Below, one piece after another: positions 1 through 11,300 of a stretch of DNA of 34,584 nt. The DNA is from Octopus bimaculoides (lineage: Eukaryota): assembly GCF_001194135.2 (NCBI RefSeq), contig NC_068985.1:15556803-15591386 (forward strand), written 5' to 3'. The notes below the pieces were generated by a model. It did no database searches. It was not told the origin of the DNA and saw nothing but the letters and a program-made list of their open reading frames with translations. Position 1 is the stretch's first letter, and the number at the start of each line of letters is the position of its first letter. The translations under genes and the position numbers were made by a program.

Positions 1-365
1 AAGTCTTTAGCAACACCAATTACAAAGAATTTGGGAGTGGTACTAAAAGATGGAAAGAAGTATTGACAGGCAGAAACTGGGTGGGAGCTGTCTTCAATAA
101 TTCAAGTAATGCTATATATTCAAAACTAACCATACATGCTGGTTTTGTTGTTGCTATTGTTGCTGCTACTGTTGTTATTGTCACTTACTTTTTTGTGTTT
201 TGACGCTACTTGCCTTCAGAACTCCCTAGGGAATGTTATGCTAGCTTCATCACTTTTATTTATTTATATATTTATTTTTTTCTTTGTTTTGAAACGAGAT
301 CGAACTTCAGCATTTTATACCGATAGATTTTAGACACCTTTTTTCTGCAACTGGTAAGATTATGT

Positions 366-440
366 AGGGGGTGCAAATTTTGATCTTGCACCCCCTGAAA
401 ATTCTAGGGGGTGCAGGTGCACCCCCTGTTCCCGGGCCCT
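366..440. repeat. Double GC-rich palindrome, probable end of a non-autonomous DNA transposon
   Basis: AGGGGGTGCAA(366-376)/TTGCACCCCCT(386-396) and AGGGGGTGCA-GG-TGCACCCCCT(406-427), followed by CCCGGGCCCT. Confidence 0.6.
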
Positions 441-778
441 TGAGTATCATTCCATGGATGAAGATGTAGAATTTCTTCTGCTCTCTAGAGGGAATTTTAC
501 ATGATGATGATGATGTTGATAACTTCACATTCACCTCTGGAACTTTTTGTAAACCCAAAGATACAATGTAATTTATGCTTGTTTTTAAAACTAAATTTTT
601 TCTTCAGAATGCCTAGGCCAGTGTTAGTTTATTTTTTAAATATTTAACTTAGGTTTCCTATGCTTGCATGGGTTGGATAGTTTTACAAATTCAGATATTG
701 AGTGGCATAAAAGAAAAAGGAAAGACCTTGCAAATCCAATTTATTAGACAAAAACTGTGCAGAAGTTTGTTATATATG

Positions 779-991
779 TATGAGGGGATGCTGAACAATT
801 CTTGACTTTGGGTAAAATACAGGAAAATCAGTTAATTACGATTTTATTCAACATATTCTCCTTTTGGATTCACACCTATTGCAGTGGTCCATTAGTTTTT
901 CTTTACCCTGTAAAAGAACTGTAAAAGTTGGGCCTCCAACCAGGCTTTTGTGATACCCTTAAACCTAGGAATTTTTCTGCACCCCTTTGTA
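779..991 (-). mobile_element. Mariner-derived MITE with a transposase C-terminal relic
   Basis: Imperfect 31-bp TIRs starting at TA (779-809 vs 961-991, 21/31 by eye). Minus-strand relic FFYRVKK...KGEYVE* resembles the mariner transposase C-terminus. Confidence 0.6.
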
Positions 992-1340
992 TATTTCATC
1001 ATATAATAGGGGTTGCCAAACTGCAAATATGTTGAAGAAAGGGAAGTCAACCTAGAGAATGAGAGGCATTCATTCATGCTTGTTGGGGAGGAAGTTCCTA
1101 GTAATGCTTTCCTCTGTGCTTGTGAGTGTAGAACAAACTATTGTGTAAGGTGAATACACAAACTGAAAGGAGGGTCATAGTGAAATGTTACAAACCAAGT
1201 AGCAGGCCTGGGAAGTATTTGGTATTTATTGTAAATGTTTAATAGTTGTTCACAGAAGTGATCAGCAAGATGATGGCCAGCTTCAATAAATCTATGGCCA
1301 ACGTTGAAAAAGCACACAGAAATAACAAAAGAATAATACA

Positions 1341-1346
1341 TTTATT
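1341..1346 (-). terminator. Candidate AGA polyadenylation signal AATAAA
   Basis: TTTATT on the + strand, about 160 nt downstream of the AGA stop; position only. Confidence 0.4.
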
Positions 1347-1505
1347 TCACTTGTTTTATAAGATATTAACACCATCCTTCTGCTTCTTTCCTCATGATTA
1401 AAATGTGTGGTTAGTTGATGTTCTCATCTTCACCAATGTCATTGCTGAATTTTCTTTTGGAACATCTCTTGTAGGTAAATGCGTATTGGTAAATGTTGAG
1501 TTGAG

Positions 1506-1615
1506 TCAAAATTTGAAATGTTTAGAACATATTATTTTGAAAACAGTTGAGTTTTCCAATGAAGGATTTGTAACTGTGTAGTCAACCGATCCACCAAAAT
1601 TATGACAGGCTGCAC
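1506..1615 (-). CDS. AGA: AGA exon 8, terminal ([36 protein letters not shown])
   Basis: Long polypyrimidine tract + CAG acceptor, GAAC motif, TGA at 1508-1506. Confidence 0.9.
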
Positions 1616-4306
1616 CTGGAGGGAGAAACAAGAAAAGCAAACAATTTTTTGAGGACTTTCTGGCAATGATTTAATACTTGTAAATGTTTGCTGACATAGA
1701 GACTGCCCTGCAGACTCATTTGTGAATGCTTATATATAGCCGTGTCTTGTGTGAGTGTATGCACATGTGAGTATGGCTGAATATGCACTTGTATGCATCT
1801 GTGAGTGTGTGTTTGCACGTGTGTATATGTATGTTTGTGTGTGAGTGAATACGAGTGTGTGTGTGCATGCACGGGTGTATGTATATGTTAGTGTGTGTAT
1901 CTTATCATATTCTGTTCATTTCTTTTTCCAAAACACTTGTATATGTGTGTATAAGTATTTGTATGTACATGTATATGTACACTTGTGGCTGTATGTGCAT
2001 CTGTTTATGTATGTGAGTGTGTATGTTTACACGTGTGCATGTGCATGTGCAAATGGCTGTGCCTCTGAGTGTCTCATTCTTCTAATCATACCCACCATAT
2101 TCACCAGTGATGGTAGCAGCTACAAGAGCTCCACGAAAATTTGGGTATTTCTTGATTATGGGAATCAAAGCCTTTCTCGTTGCTTCTCTTGGACTTAAAC
2201 CCTCTTGCATCAAGAGAACAGTATGGAAACTGAAAGAACAAAATGGAAAAAGAAACATTGGGTGCATTATGAACAATAGTTATGTTGAAATACATTGAGC
2301 TGTCAGATAAACTTGTTTCTTTTCCCCCTGGTAACTGGCACAGGTGTGGCTGTGTGGTAAGAGGCTTGCTTCCCAGCCAGATGATTCTGAGTTCAGTACC
2401 ACTGTGTGACACCTTGGGCAAGTGTCTTTTACTACAGCTTCAGGCCAACCAAAGCCTTGTGGGTGGATTTGGTAGATGGAAGCTGAAAGAAGCCCATTGT
2501 ATATATATATATATACTAGCAGAGATACCTGGCTTTGCTTGTGTCACATGGAATTGAAGAATTAGACTTTTCTTTTATATTTTCTCTAATGAACTGGAAT
2601 ATTTTTGATTCGAATTTCATCAAAATTGCAGATGAAGAATTTTAATGAGGGTTCTTTCCCTCTTTACACACCCTAGCAAAAATTCTAATCATGACGTATT
2701 TATCCTATACTACTCATCTTTATGCCCAGATTCCAAAATCCAAATCTTATGAAACCTGTTGAAAGGTTTTCGCTCCTGAAAAATGGAGCAGATGGAGCTC
2801 TAAAATGTGGGAGTTAAGGCCCCTATTGTGTGTGTGTATGGGTGGGGTTTAGTTTCTTGAAGCCAACCAGAGAAGTTGAATTGTTGGGAATCTTTTTTAA
2901 CTTGGGTCTTATATCTATTGTTCAAATTTCTTTGAAATCTGAAATATATGAATGTTCACTGGATTTGTAAAAGAGAGCAATGCTACAAGAAATCAAGAGG
3001 CGAATGATCACAATAAGCAGTCAGCTACCCTACCATAGTTGTTACCACTCCCCAATGTAGGATTCCTCACCATACAGGTGATGGGCACAGCTGTAAGATG
3101 CATTACAATTGGAAGGACATGACCCAAGTGAAATAAATATTAACAACTGTGTGACGTGAAGGCTAAGAGGAAATGAAAGTGTCATGTCTGGAGTTTGCCA
3201 ATGATCACTATGCTGATAAGTAACTGGACAGAATAAATTTGCAATCTATAAATCTCTTTGAATGACCAGTCATTTATCTGGGAAGGCCTTGAAATCAATG
3301 TTACCATCTGGGGACTATCTCTGACCCAGTGATAATAAAAAGACTCAAAGGAGGTCTGCAACCAAATAACTTTACTCAAAATAACACTTTGCAACTGAAT
3401 CGGTGGAGGCAAAGATGCCTCTCCTTTGCTTGACAATTTATGCACCACATTGCAGAAATCATAATCTAAGTATATCTCAAAGAAAACTCTTACAGTGTGG
3501 TACCATTGAATTACAAATAACGCTCATCTTGTATGCTCAGGTGACTCTATAGCTGCCAAGAGTACGATTGTATTCATCTTGGCTTTGGAAAAATGACTAA
3601 ATTGTAGGGGTCAAGCCTCCATTAAGGGGTCTTACTAACTCCTAAGAAGTTGAAATTTTAGGAATATTACTTCATTTGTGTCTAATATCTATGGTTAAAA
3701 TTTCATGAACAGCAAAAATATATGAATTTTCATGGCGGTTATGGCCTCATTTATGCCCCCTCACTTTCAAACATATACTGCATTACATCTGTTCTTATGC
3801 ATAGAATATAATTTCCAAATTTCATAAAGATCCATTCAATACATTTAATCTAGTTTTGGATCATAAAAAATGACTAAAATTTAGGAGTTAAGGCTGCCGT
3901 TAGGGGTCTTAGAATCCTCATGAGAAGTGGAAACTTTGGGAATACTTCTTGATGTATGTCAATTATCTATGGTTGAAATTTCATCATCATCAGAGATTTA
4001 TGGATTTTCATGGGGTTCAGCTCTCTTTAAGCCACCTCATATTCAAACCAAGCATACTGCATTATACCCACCCTTATGCTTTGAATCTAAGCTCGAAATA
4101 TCATAAGGATCCATTCAGTAATTTTGGTCCACGAAATTGTATGAAGCACACAGCATTACCCTTCTCCCTAGGCTTGGATTTTGTGTTCCAAATTTCATTA
4201 GGATCGGTGCAGTAGTTTTTGAATATATAAGTAACACACAAACACACTTATATAATAGATATAAATATGCACATATACATACATGTCTATATGTGTGTGT
4301 GTGTAT

Positions 4307-4338
<32 letters not shown>

Positions 4339-5269
4339 CACACACAGAAAGACAGATTGATAGATACAATTGAGTGTGCAAACAAAAATATGAGACACTG
4401 CCTTGAAGAAATTTTTGTCAAATGAATCGACCCCCAGTGCTTTAAAAAAAAAATTTTGATGAGTCCGGTACTTATTCTAGCAGTTTCTTTTTGTCAAACC
4501 AGTAAGTTATGTGGATGTAAATAAACCAACAGCAGTTGTCAAGCAGTGACGAGGGAGAAACACAGACACAAAGATACATACAGACATCTATAAGGGAATT
4601 AGGTAGCTAAACCTGGAGCTGAACAGTTTCAAGGTGAACTTAACGAAGATGAGAGTTTTGATTAGTAGGTGTACAGTAGTAGTATATGCGTTATTATTTT
4701 ACTGACCTTGGTGAAAATCTCATCAAAACATCTCCATTACCTGTAGCTACAGCACCACCGACTGCGTTGTCCACGTAAGCACCAGCACCAACAATGGGTG
4801 AATCACCAACTCTCCTGAAAATGAAGATCTGCTTTGAATTATTCTGTTATGATAAAGAACAGTGAAATCTGTTTGAGATTTTTGATTAAAAAAATATTCC
4901 TATTTCGTTTTTGTATCTCTCCTGACACAACATAATATTCTTATGATAAACAAAAATAGTTGTGACTTTGAATGACAAAACCTTGAGACAGTTTGAAGGT
5001 TATTTTTCTTGGATTAGATATCATAGTAGTCACTGTGGTGAGTTTCTTGGTGTTAGGTGATGAATGTGAATTGCTGTCACTGTCCATCCATTGTTTTTGT
5101 ATTGTGACACCCCCCAGCACCCACTACACTCTCTGAGTGGTTGGTGTTAGGAAGGGCATCCAGCTGTAGAAACTCTGCCAAATCAGATTGGAGTCTGGTG
5201 TAGCCATCCGGTTGCACCAGTCCTCAGTCAAATCGTTCAACCCATGCTAGCATGGAAAGCGGACGTTAA

Positions 5270-5318
<49 letters not shown>

Positions 5319-8300
5319 CAGTGCTCTAGCCAGGCCAGCTGCTGCTTTTGCAACTGTCTGTTGACTGCCATCTTCTATGTTCAGTCTGATGCCTGCTAAC
5401 TGTTGTCTGTTGGTAGTGGCTAAAATGCACGGAATATATATAGTGGTGTTTTGGCTCAGAAAAAGCATGCCAAAGGTGAAATTGTTGTTAGATCTAGTTC
5501 CATGTGAAGTCTTGAATTGTCAGATGTTTTTGATGGTGTAGGTAAAATTCTAGGGAATCACAATTGTATTCTTGGGTTGTTTTTTTGAATCGGATATAGT
5601 GATTTGAATTCAATTGCTAAATATTCTTGTTACAATTCTAATTCAACTATGTGGAATGTAGACTACTTATACAGGCCACTTTCAAAGTTTATTAACAGTA
5701 ACACCTTTGTTCCCAGGAGGTTATGAGTTCTTTGTCATCCATTTTGGCACTTGAGCAACTTATTGGTTCCTTTGGTATTGATAATTTTGTATATCTGTTT
5801 CTGGAGTAAATGGAAGTAAAAGGAGGTCAGAGTCATAGAGGTGTCCTGATCTAACTCAAGAGACTCTTGTTGCCCATGTGTGGGTGGATTGCCCTTACCG
5901 GTTTCATCTTTTGTTTATCTTCTTTATTAAATCTATGTATTTATATATTTCATTTACCTATGAGTGAAGTTTAGAAAAATTCTTAATATGTCTCAATGTA
6001 TTGTATCATGCCTTTATCTCATTCCTTGTTTTATATAACAACAAACACACAGCCACACCCCTGATATGATGAAACAAATTCAGTGGGGCACAATTCTTTA
6101 GTTATATCAGATAAAAGACACTGAATAATATAGTCTGGAGTATACTATTCTTGCAAAAGTAAAACAGGATGGTCATAACTCAAACACTGATTAAAGCTAA
6201 CTTGAGTCTAAACATTAGAAGCTACAACTCAAAAACACCCTGACTTCTGCTAAGTAAAAAATTTAAATACATCTTTTACCTTTGAACTGGAAGATAAATT
6301 ACTTATCAAGACTTTGTAATAATAACATTGCTGTCAAAAGAATTCTAATATTCTATGCTAAAACTGTGTACAATCTACAATATTTACATAGTGATTCTTT
6401 TATCACTATTTTGCCAAGTTCTGTGTAGTTTATGCTTTGTTGATGATGCTGTCACAAAAATAGTAAAACTTGTTGAACTAAAATAATATTGGTTATTGAT
6501 TAATAACTATTTTCTTCTCATTATATAGTCATTTCTAGTTATTTTTTTTTAATGCTCCTAGGTATTATTAACAACAACAACAGCAACAATCTTTTCCATG
6601 CTTGTATGAGTTAAACAAATGTTGGAGTAGATTTTTTTAAAGTCAGATTCTCTTTCTGCTGCCAACTCACAAATGATTCCAAGTAAGGTAATATTTCCCT
6701 TTGTCTTTTGGGTAGGCTGGACATACTTTGGTGGATGGATTTTAAATAAATGACATTTTCGATGTGGATGGAATATGTGAGTTATTTATTCTCTAAACCA
6801 TTTCATTTCTCTCTACCAAGCACTGTACCTGCTTGTACATTTGCCTAGAAAAGTATAGTAAAGGTTACATTTATCTTGGCAAGCATAGTGAAGGTTATAC
6901 TTTGTTGATAAAGTACCACGCATCAAAAATAATTGAAATATTATTAATCATTGGTAAGTATTGCATTCATCTTTCTCCTCTCTTCAGCAAGACATCTACC
7001 ATACTTTAGCATCTCATTACTTAGCATAAAGCCACCTCCCTCAAAACTACTCTGCCCTCAGTTGAAGGGGTCTTGTCTGGCAAGTTACTTAGTGACCTCA
7101 CTAATGTTGGTACCATGCTAAAACCACTCAGAACACTCTGTAAAGGGGTTGGTGTAAGGAAGGGCATGTGGCCATAGAAACAATATCAAAATAGATATTG
7201 AAGTTTGATGCAGCCTAGTGATTTGCCAGTTCCTATTGAATTGTCCAACCCATGCCAGTGTTGAAAGTGGATGTTAAATAATGATGACGATGATGATGAG
7301 TTCAAGTTTTAATACTCACTGGATTAAAAATGATAATACTAAGTCAACTGATGTCTAAAAACAACCAAGAAATCAGAGATAAAGAGCAGCAGTAAAGGAT
7401 CAAGCATGAATATATTCAAAGAAAAAGAAAGATTACAAACCCATGCATTTTGTTAGCTAATCCATTCGTTGAAGTTCCTGCTGCAACATTACCTTTGGCA
7501 TCAACAACAATCATACCAATGGTATCATGGTTAGTTTCGGAGATATCAGGTGAATTTTGTGGGTCATGGAATTTGTAAAGCGGGTCATCATGATTGGCAG
7601 GTTTGTAAGGTCCACAGTGTTTTCTAGGATCTGGTTTAACATTCTGTTGAAGAAATATAACAATAATTTATAACTAAAGCCATGGATAAATGTTTTCCAA
7701 TCTGGGGTGCTAGTACCCAAGTGGGACATCTAAATTTATTTCATGGGGTGCTTGGAATTCAATTTTAACTTTACCTGCATTTAAATGCCTTTATGGAATA
7801 TTTAAGGGGTAGGGTTGGCCAGTGTGACAGGACATCTAAGTGGGTGCTGGACTAAGAAAGGTTAGGAAACAATGTGATAGATTTGGTTTGGTAATAGGAA
7901 TTAATATTTTTTTTTTAATCTCTGGTGGAGTGGGATATTACCTGGTGATATAGTTAATCAGGTTGACCATGAGGGTGTCATACCCAATCATTGGTGTAGC
8001 AGCATTATAATCAATCGCTATAAAGGCAAAGGTGATGCCCTGGACAGAAATAATTACAGAACGTGGCGAGCTGGCAGAAACGTTAGCACGCCAGGCGAAA
8101 TGCTTAGTGGTATTTCGTCTGCCGTTACGTTCTGAGTTCAAATTCTGACAAGGTCAACTTTGCCTTTCATCCTGCCATGTACCACGGCTGGTGCTGTGTA
8201 AGAGCATCCAGCACATTCTGTAAAGTGGTTGGTGTTAGGAAGGGTATTCAACCATTGAAACCATGCCAAAACAGACATGGGTCCTGTACAGCCCTTTAGA

Positions 8301-11300
8301 TGGCCAGCTCCTGTCAAACCATCGAACCCATGCCAGCATGGAAAACTGACGTGAAATGATGATGATGATGATGATTCCCAGTGTAGAGGTAGAGTTAAGT
8401 CTACATGGTTAAGAAATTTGTATCCTAGCCGAGTGGTTCAAGGTTTGATTGCATTGTGCAGCATAGAGGAGCATCAGGTTGACCAATAGCTTCTGAGTAG
8501 AAGTTGTTTGAAGGAATTTGCACAGAAGTCTTTTACTCATGCAAACATGTACCATCATCATCCTCATCATCCTGTTTTCCATGCTGGCATGGGTTGGACA
8601 GTTTGATAGGCGCCGGCAAGCTGGAGGGCTGCACCAGGTTTCAGTCTTTGCTTTGGTAAAGTTTCTATACCTGTTCAGGTTCAGCTCCACACAATGTAGT
8701 TGGAAAGCAAACTACTTAACTACTTGACAAGCAGCCATGTATATTTCTTCAGGAATAAAGCTGTTTGATATGTAATACATGATCTAAGACACTTACTTTC
8801 CAGAAGTTCGGTTGGCAGTTACCGGAACGCCAATCGTTCCACATTGCTATTGAGTCATTTGAATGCAAGTCTGTTTCTTGAAAGCCCATTTGAAGAGCAA
8901 ATTCTGTGGCTGCAACAAAACCAAAACAAAAGCAAATTAAACAACAATAATTATTGTTTTAATTAATTGTAATGGACAAAGTATACATATAAAATATAGT
9001 TAGATATAATATTTTGAAAAAAGGTTTTTTTCCCTCTTCTAATCACTTTTGTCACCAAGTATTCTATATTTGTGAAAATTATTGATTGAATATTTAGTGT
9101 GAATAAGTCTATAAACATGCAAATGCTTTACTAGGCATATATTTTCAAAATATGCTGTTAATCTTCAAGATATGTAAACAAAGAAATTAATAGTGCTTGG
9201 AAAAATCTTTAATCGTAAGTCTCCTAAATCAATGCAAACATACCACTGAATAATGGAAACAAAAAAACCAGGTCAACCATTGTAATATTATTAATATGAA
9301 ATATCTGATAAACAAAGAACATCACTGATTCTATTATTTAGTAACTTTACCTCCTTCTCCAACGAGCAGTGTATGGTCAGTATATTCCATCACTGCACGG
9401 GCCACAGATATTGCTGGCTTCACCCTTCTCAGGCCACCGACTGCTCCGGCAGTATGAGTGATTCTACAAAATTGATAAAAATATATAAATTGTGTATTTA
9501 TTAAAAGGGCATGGTTTTATGATCAAGAATTTCATTTTGCTCCAGGTCTATTGCATGGCACAGTATCTTGGCCAAAGTTGTGGTTTTGAAACATTTCTTT
9601 TGTCATGTATGGCTTCCGTGCTGGTGGCACGTAAATAGCACCATTTGAGCGTGATCGTTACTAACGTCGCTTTCCTGGCACTTGTGCCAGTGGCACGTGA
9701 AAAGACATTCGAGCGAGATTGTTGCCAGTACTGCTGCACTGGCTCCTGTACAGGTGGCACGTAAAATACACCATTTCGAGCGTGGCCGTTGCCAGTACCG
9801 CCTGACTGGCCTTCGTGCCGATGGCACGTAAAAAAGCACCCACTACACTCTCAGAGTGGTTGGCGTTAGGAAGGGCATCCAGCTGTAAAAACTCTGCCAG
9901 ATCAGATTGGAGTCTGGTGTAGCATCTGGTTCGGCAGTCCTCAGTCAAATCGTCCAACCCATGCTAGCATGGAAAGTGGATGATGATGATGAACCCTTTG
10001 ATCACTATTTTACTCTGGTGGATCCCCATAGCCAATCGAATATGATGGGGTCAACCAGACTTTTATGGATGCTTCTTTCAAAATTTCTATTTTGTCTATC
10101 ACACATTTCTTTGTGTAGGCTGAACTATGTAAAATGTTAGAGAAAGAAATGTAGCTGTTACTTGCAATAAATACATCGAAAGAAAAATTTGTTTATGGAG
10201 CCATAAAATACTATTGCAGACCCACTTTACTATTTTCCTTGAGTGAACCTTCCAAAATTTTATATGGTCTACAAGGGTTCATATGAACCCTGGTCGAGAA
10301 CCACTGAGCTAGCCTTTCAACAATGATTCAAGTTTATTAATACACTGTGAGGGAAATTTAGAAAACAGGAAATGTGTGGAATCCCATTATACACATGCAT
10401 GAATGTGTGTGTGTGTGTGTGTGTGTTTATCAGTAACAAATTCGCTGATATATCAGTGGCAAGCGCAAAATTACCTTACGGGACTGTGTGAGTTACGTCT
10501 CTTTATGTAGTGACATTGCAATTCATAACCACTGAGCCATGTTTCTCTACAGTGCTAAGAAAAAGACAGAATATTCTTAGATTGAATGCCTTTGATCATT
10601 GATTTGCTCAATCAGGGCTGACTGGGCTCAATCAACAATAGAAACAGTAGTAGCAACAACAACAACAATCTACTACTAGCATGTAGGTCACATGACATAT
10701 CAACAAACCAACAAATACATTCTTCTGTTATTGGGTATTATAGTATTATATATATATATATATGCTGGTTTCAAATTTTTGGCACAAGGCCAGTAAGTTT
10801 GGAGAAGGCTGTATGTCAGTTATATTGGCCCCAGTGTTCAAATGGTACTTATATTGACCCTGAGTAGAATTTGAAATTAGAAGGTAAAGACAGACGAAGT
10901 GCCATTAAGCATTTTGTTGCCTATCTTATATCTATATATATATATGGAAAAAAAAGTCAAAGTAGAAAATGGTAAAATAATTTTATAAAAAACATTTCAG
11001 TACCAGTTTTGGTCATTGAGACTTTTTCAACTTTAAGTATGGAAAACAGTTAAATTTTGGAAAAATTATATGAAATGTTTTTTAAAAGAATATTTGCATA
11101 GAATTCAAATACAAGGGGAATTTTCCTTGTTTCTGTCTATCTCTGTCTCTCTTATATATATATATATATTAATAGCCTAGCATCAAAGAGGAGGAAAGGC
11201 AGCCCTTAATCTTTTTCACCTCCACAGAGACTGAGATGAGTTATCCTCAGGCTGAGACACATTGTGATGAATTGCATGGGGTGGCATGTGACAATCTGTA

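Noticed and set aside
136-333. Signal-peptide or membrane [15 protein letters not shown]...
   Set aside because: The poly-Leu derives from a (TTG/CTG)n trinucleotide repeat and a T-rich tract.
307-558. Paralogous small proteins MGLQKVPEVNVKLS / MGLSKIPGVNMKLS (307-558 and 31003-31257)
   Set aside because: The similarity comes from two copies of a dispersed repeat (517-610, 31217-31320). The remainder of each ORF is unrelated and runs through other repeats.
1398-1508. Stop-codon readthrough extension of AGA (35 open codons after TGA)
   Set aside because: The context is TGA-CTC, not the TGA-CTAG readthrough motif. This length is attainable by chance and there is no conservation evidence.
1600-2198. 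His/Thr- and Val/Tyr/Cys-rich ORFs (also 4115-4381, 23425-24156, 29968-30521)
   Set aside because: Translations of (CA)/(TA)/(TG) microsatellites and SINEs.
9618-9840. CRISPR-like repeat-spacer array
   Set aside because: Eukaryotic context, diverged whole-unit tandem repeats without unique spacers, and no cas genes.
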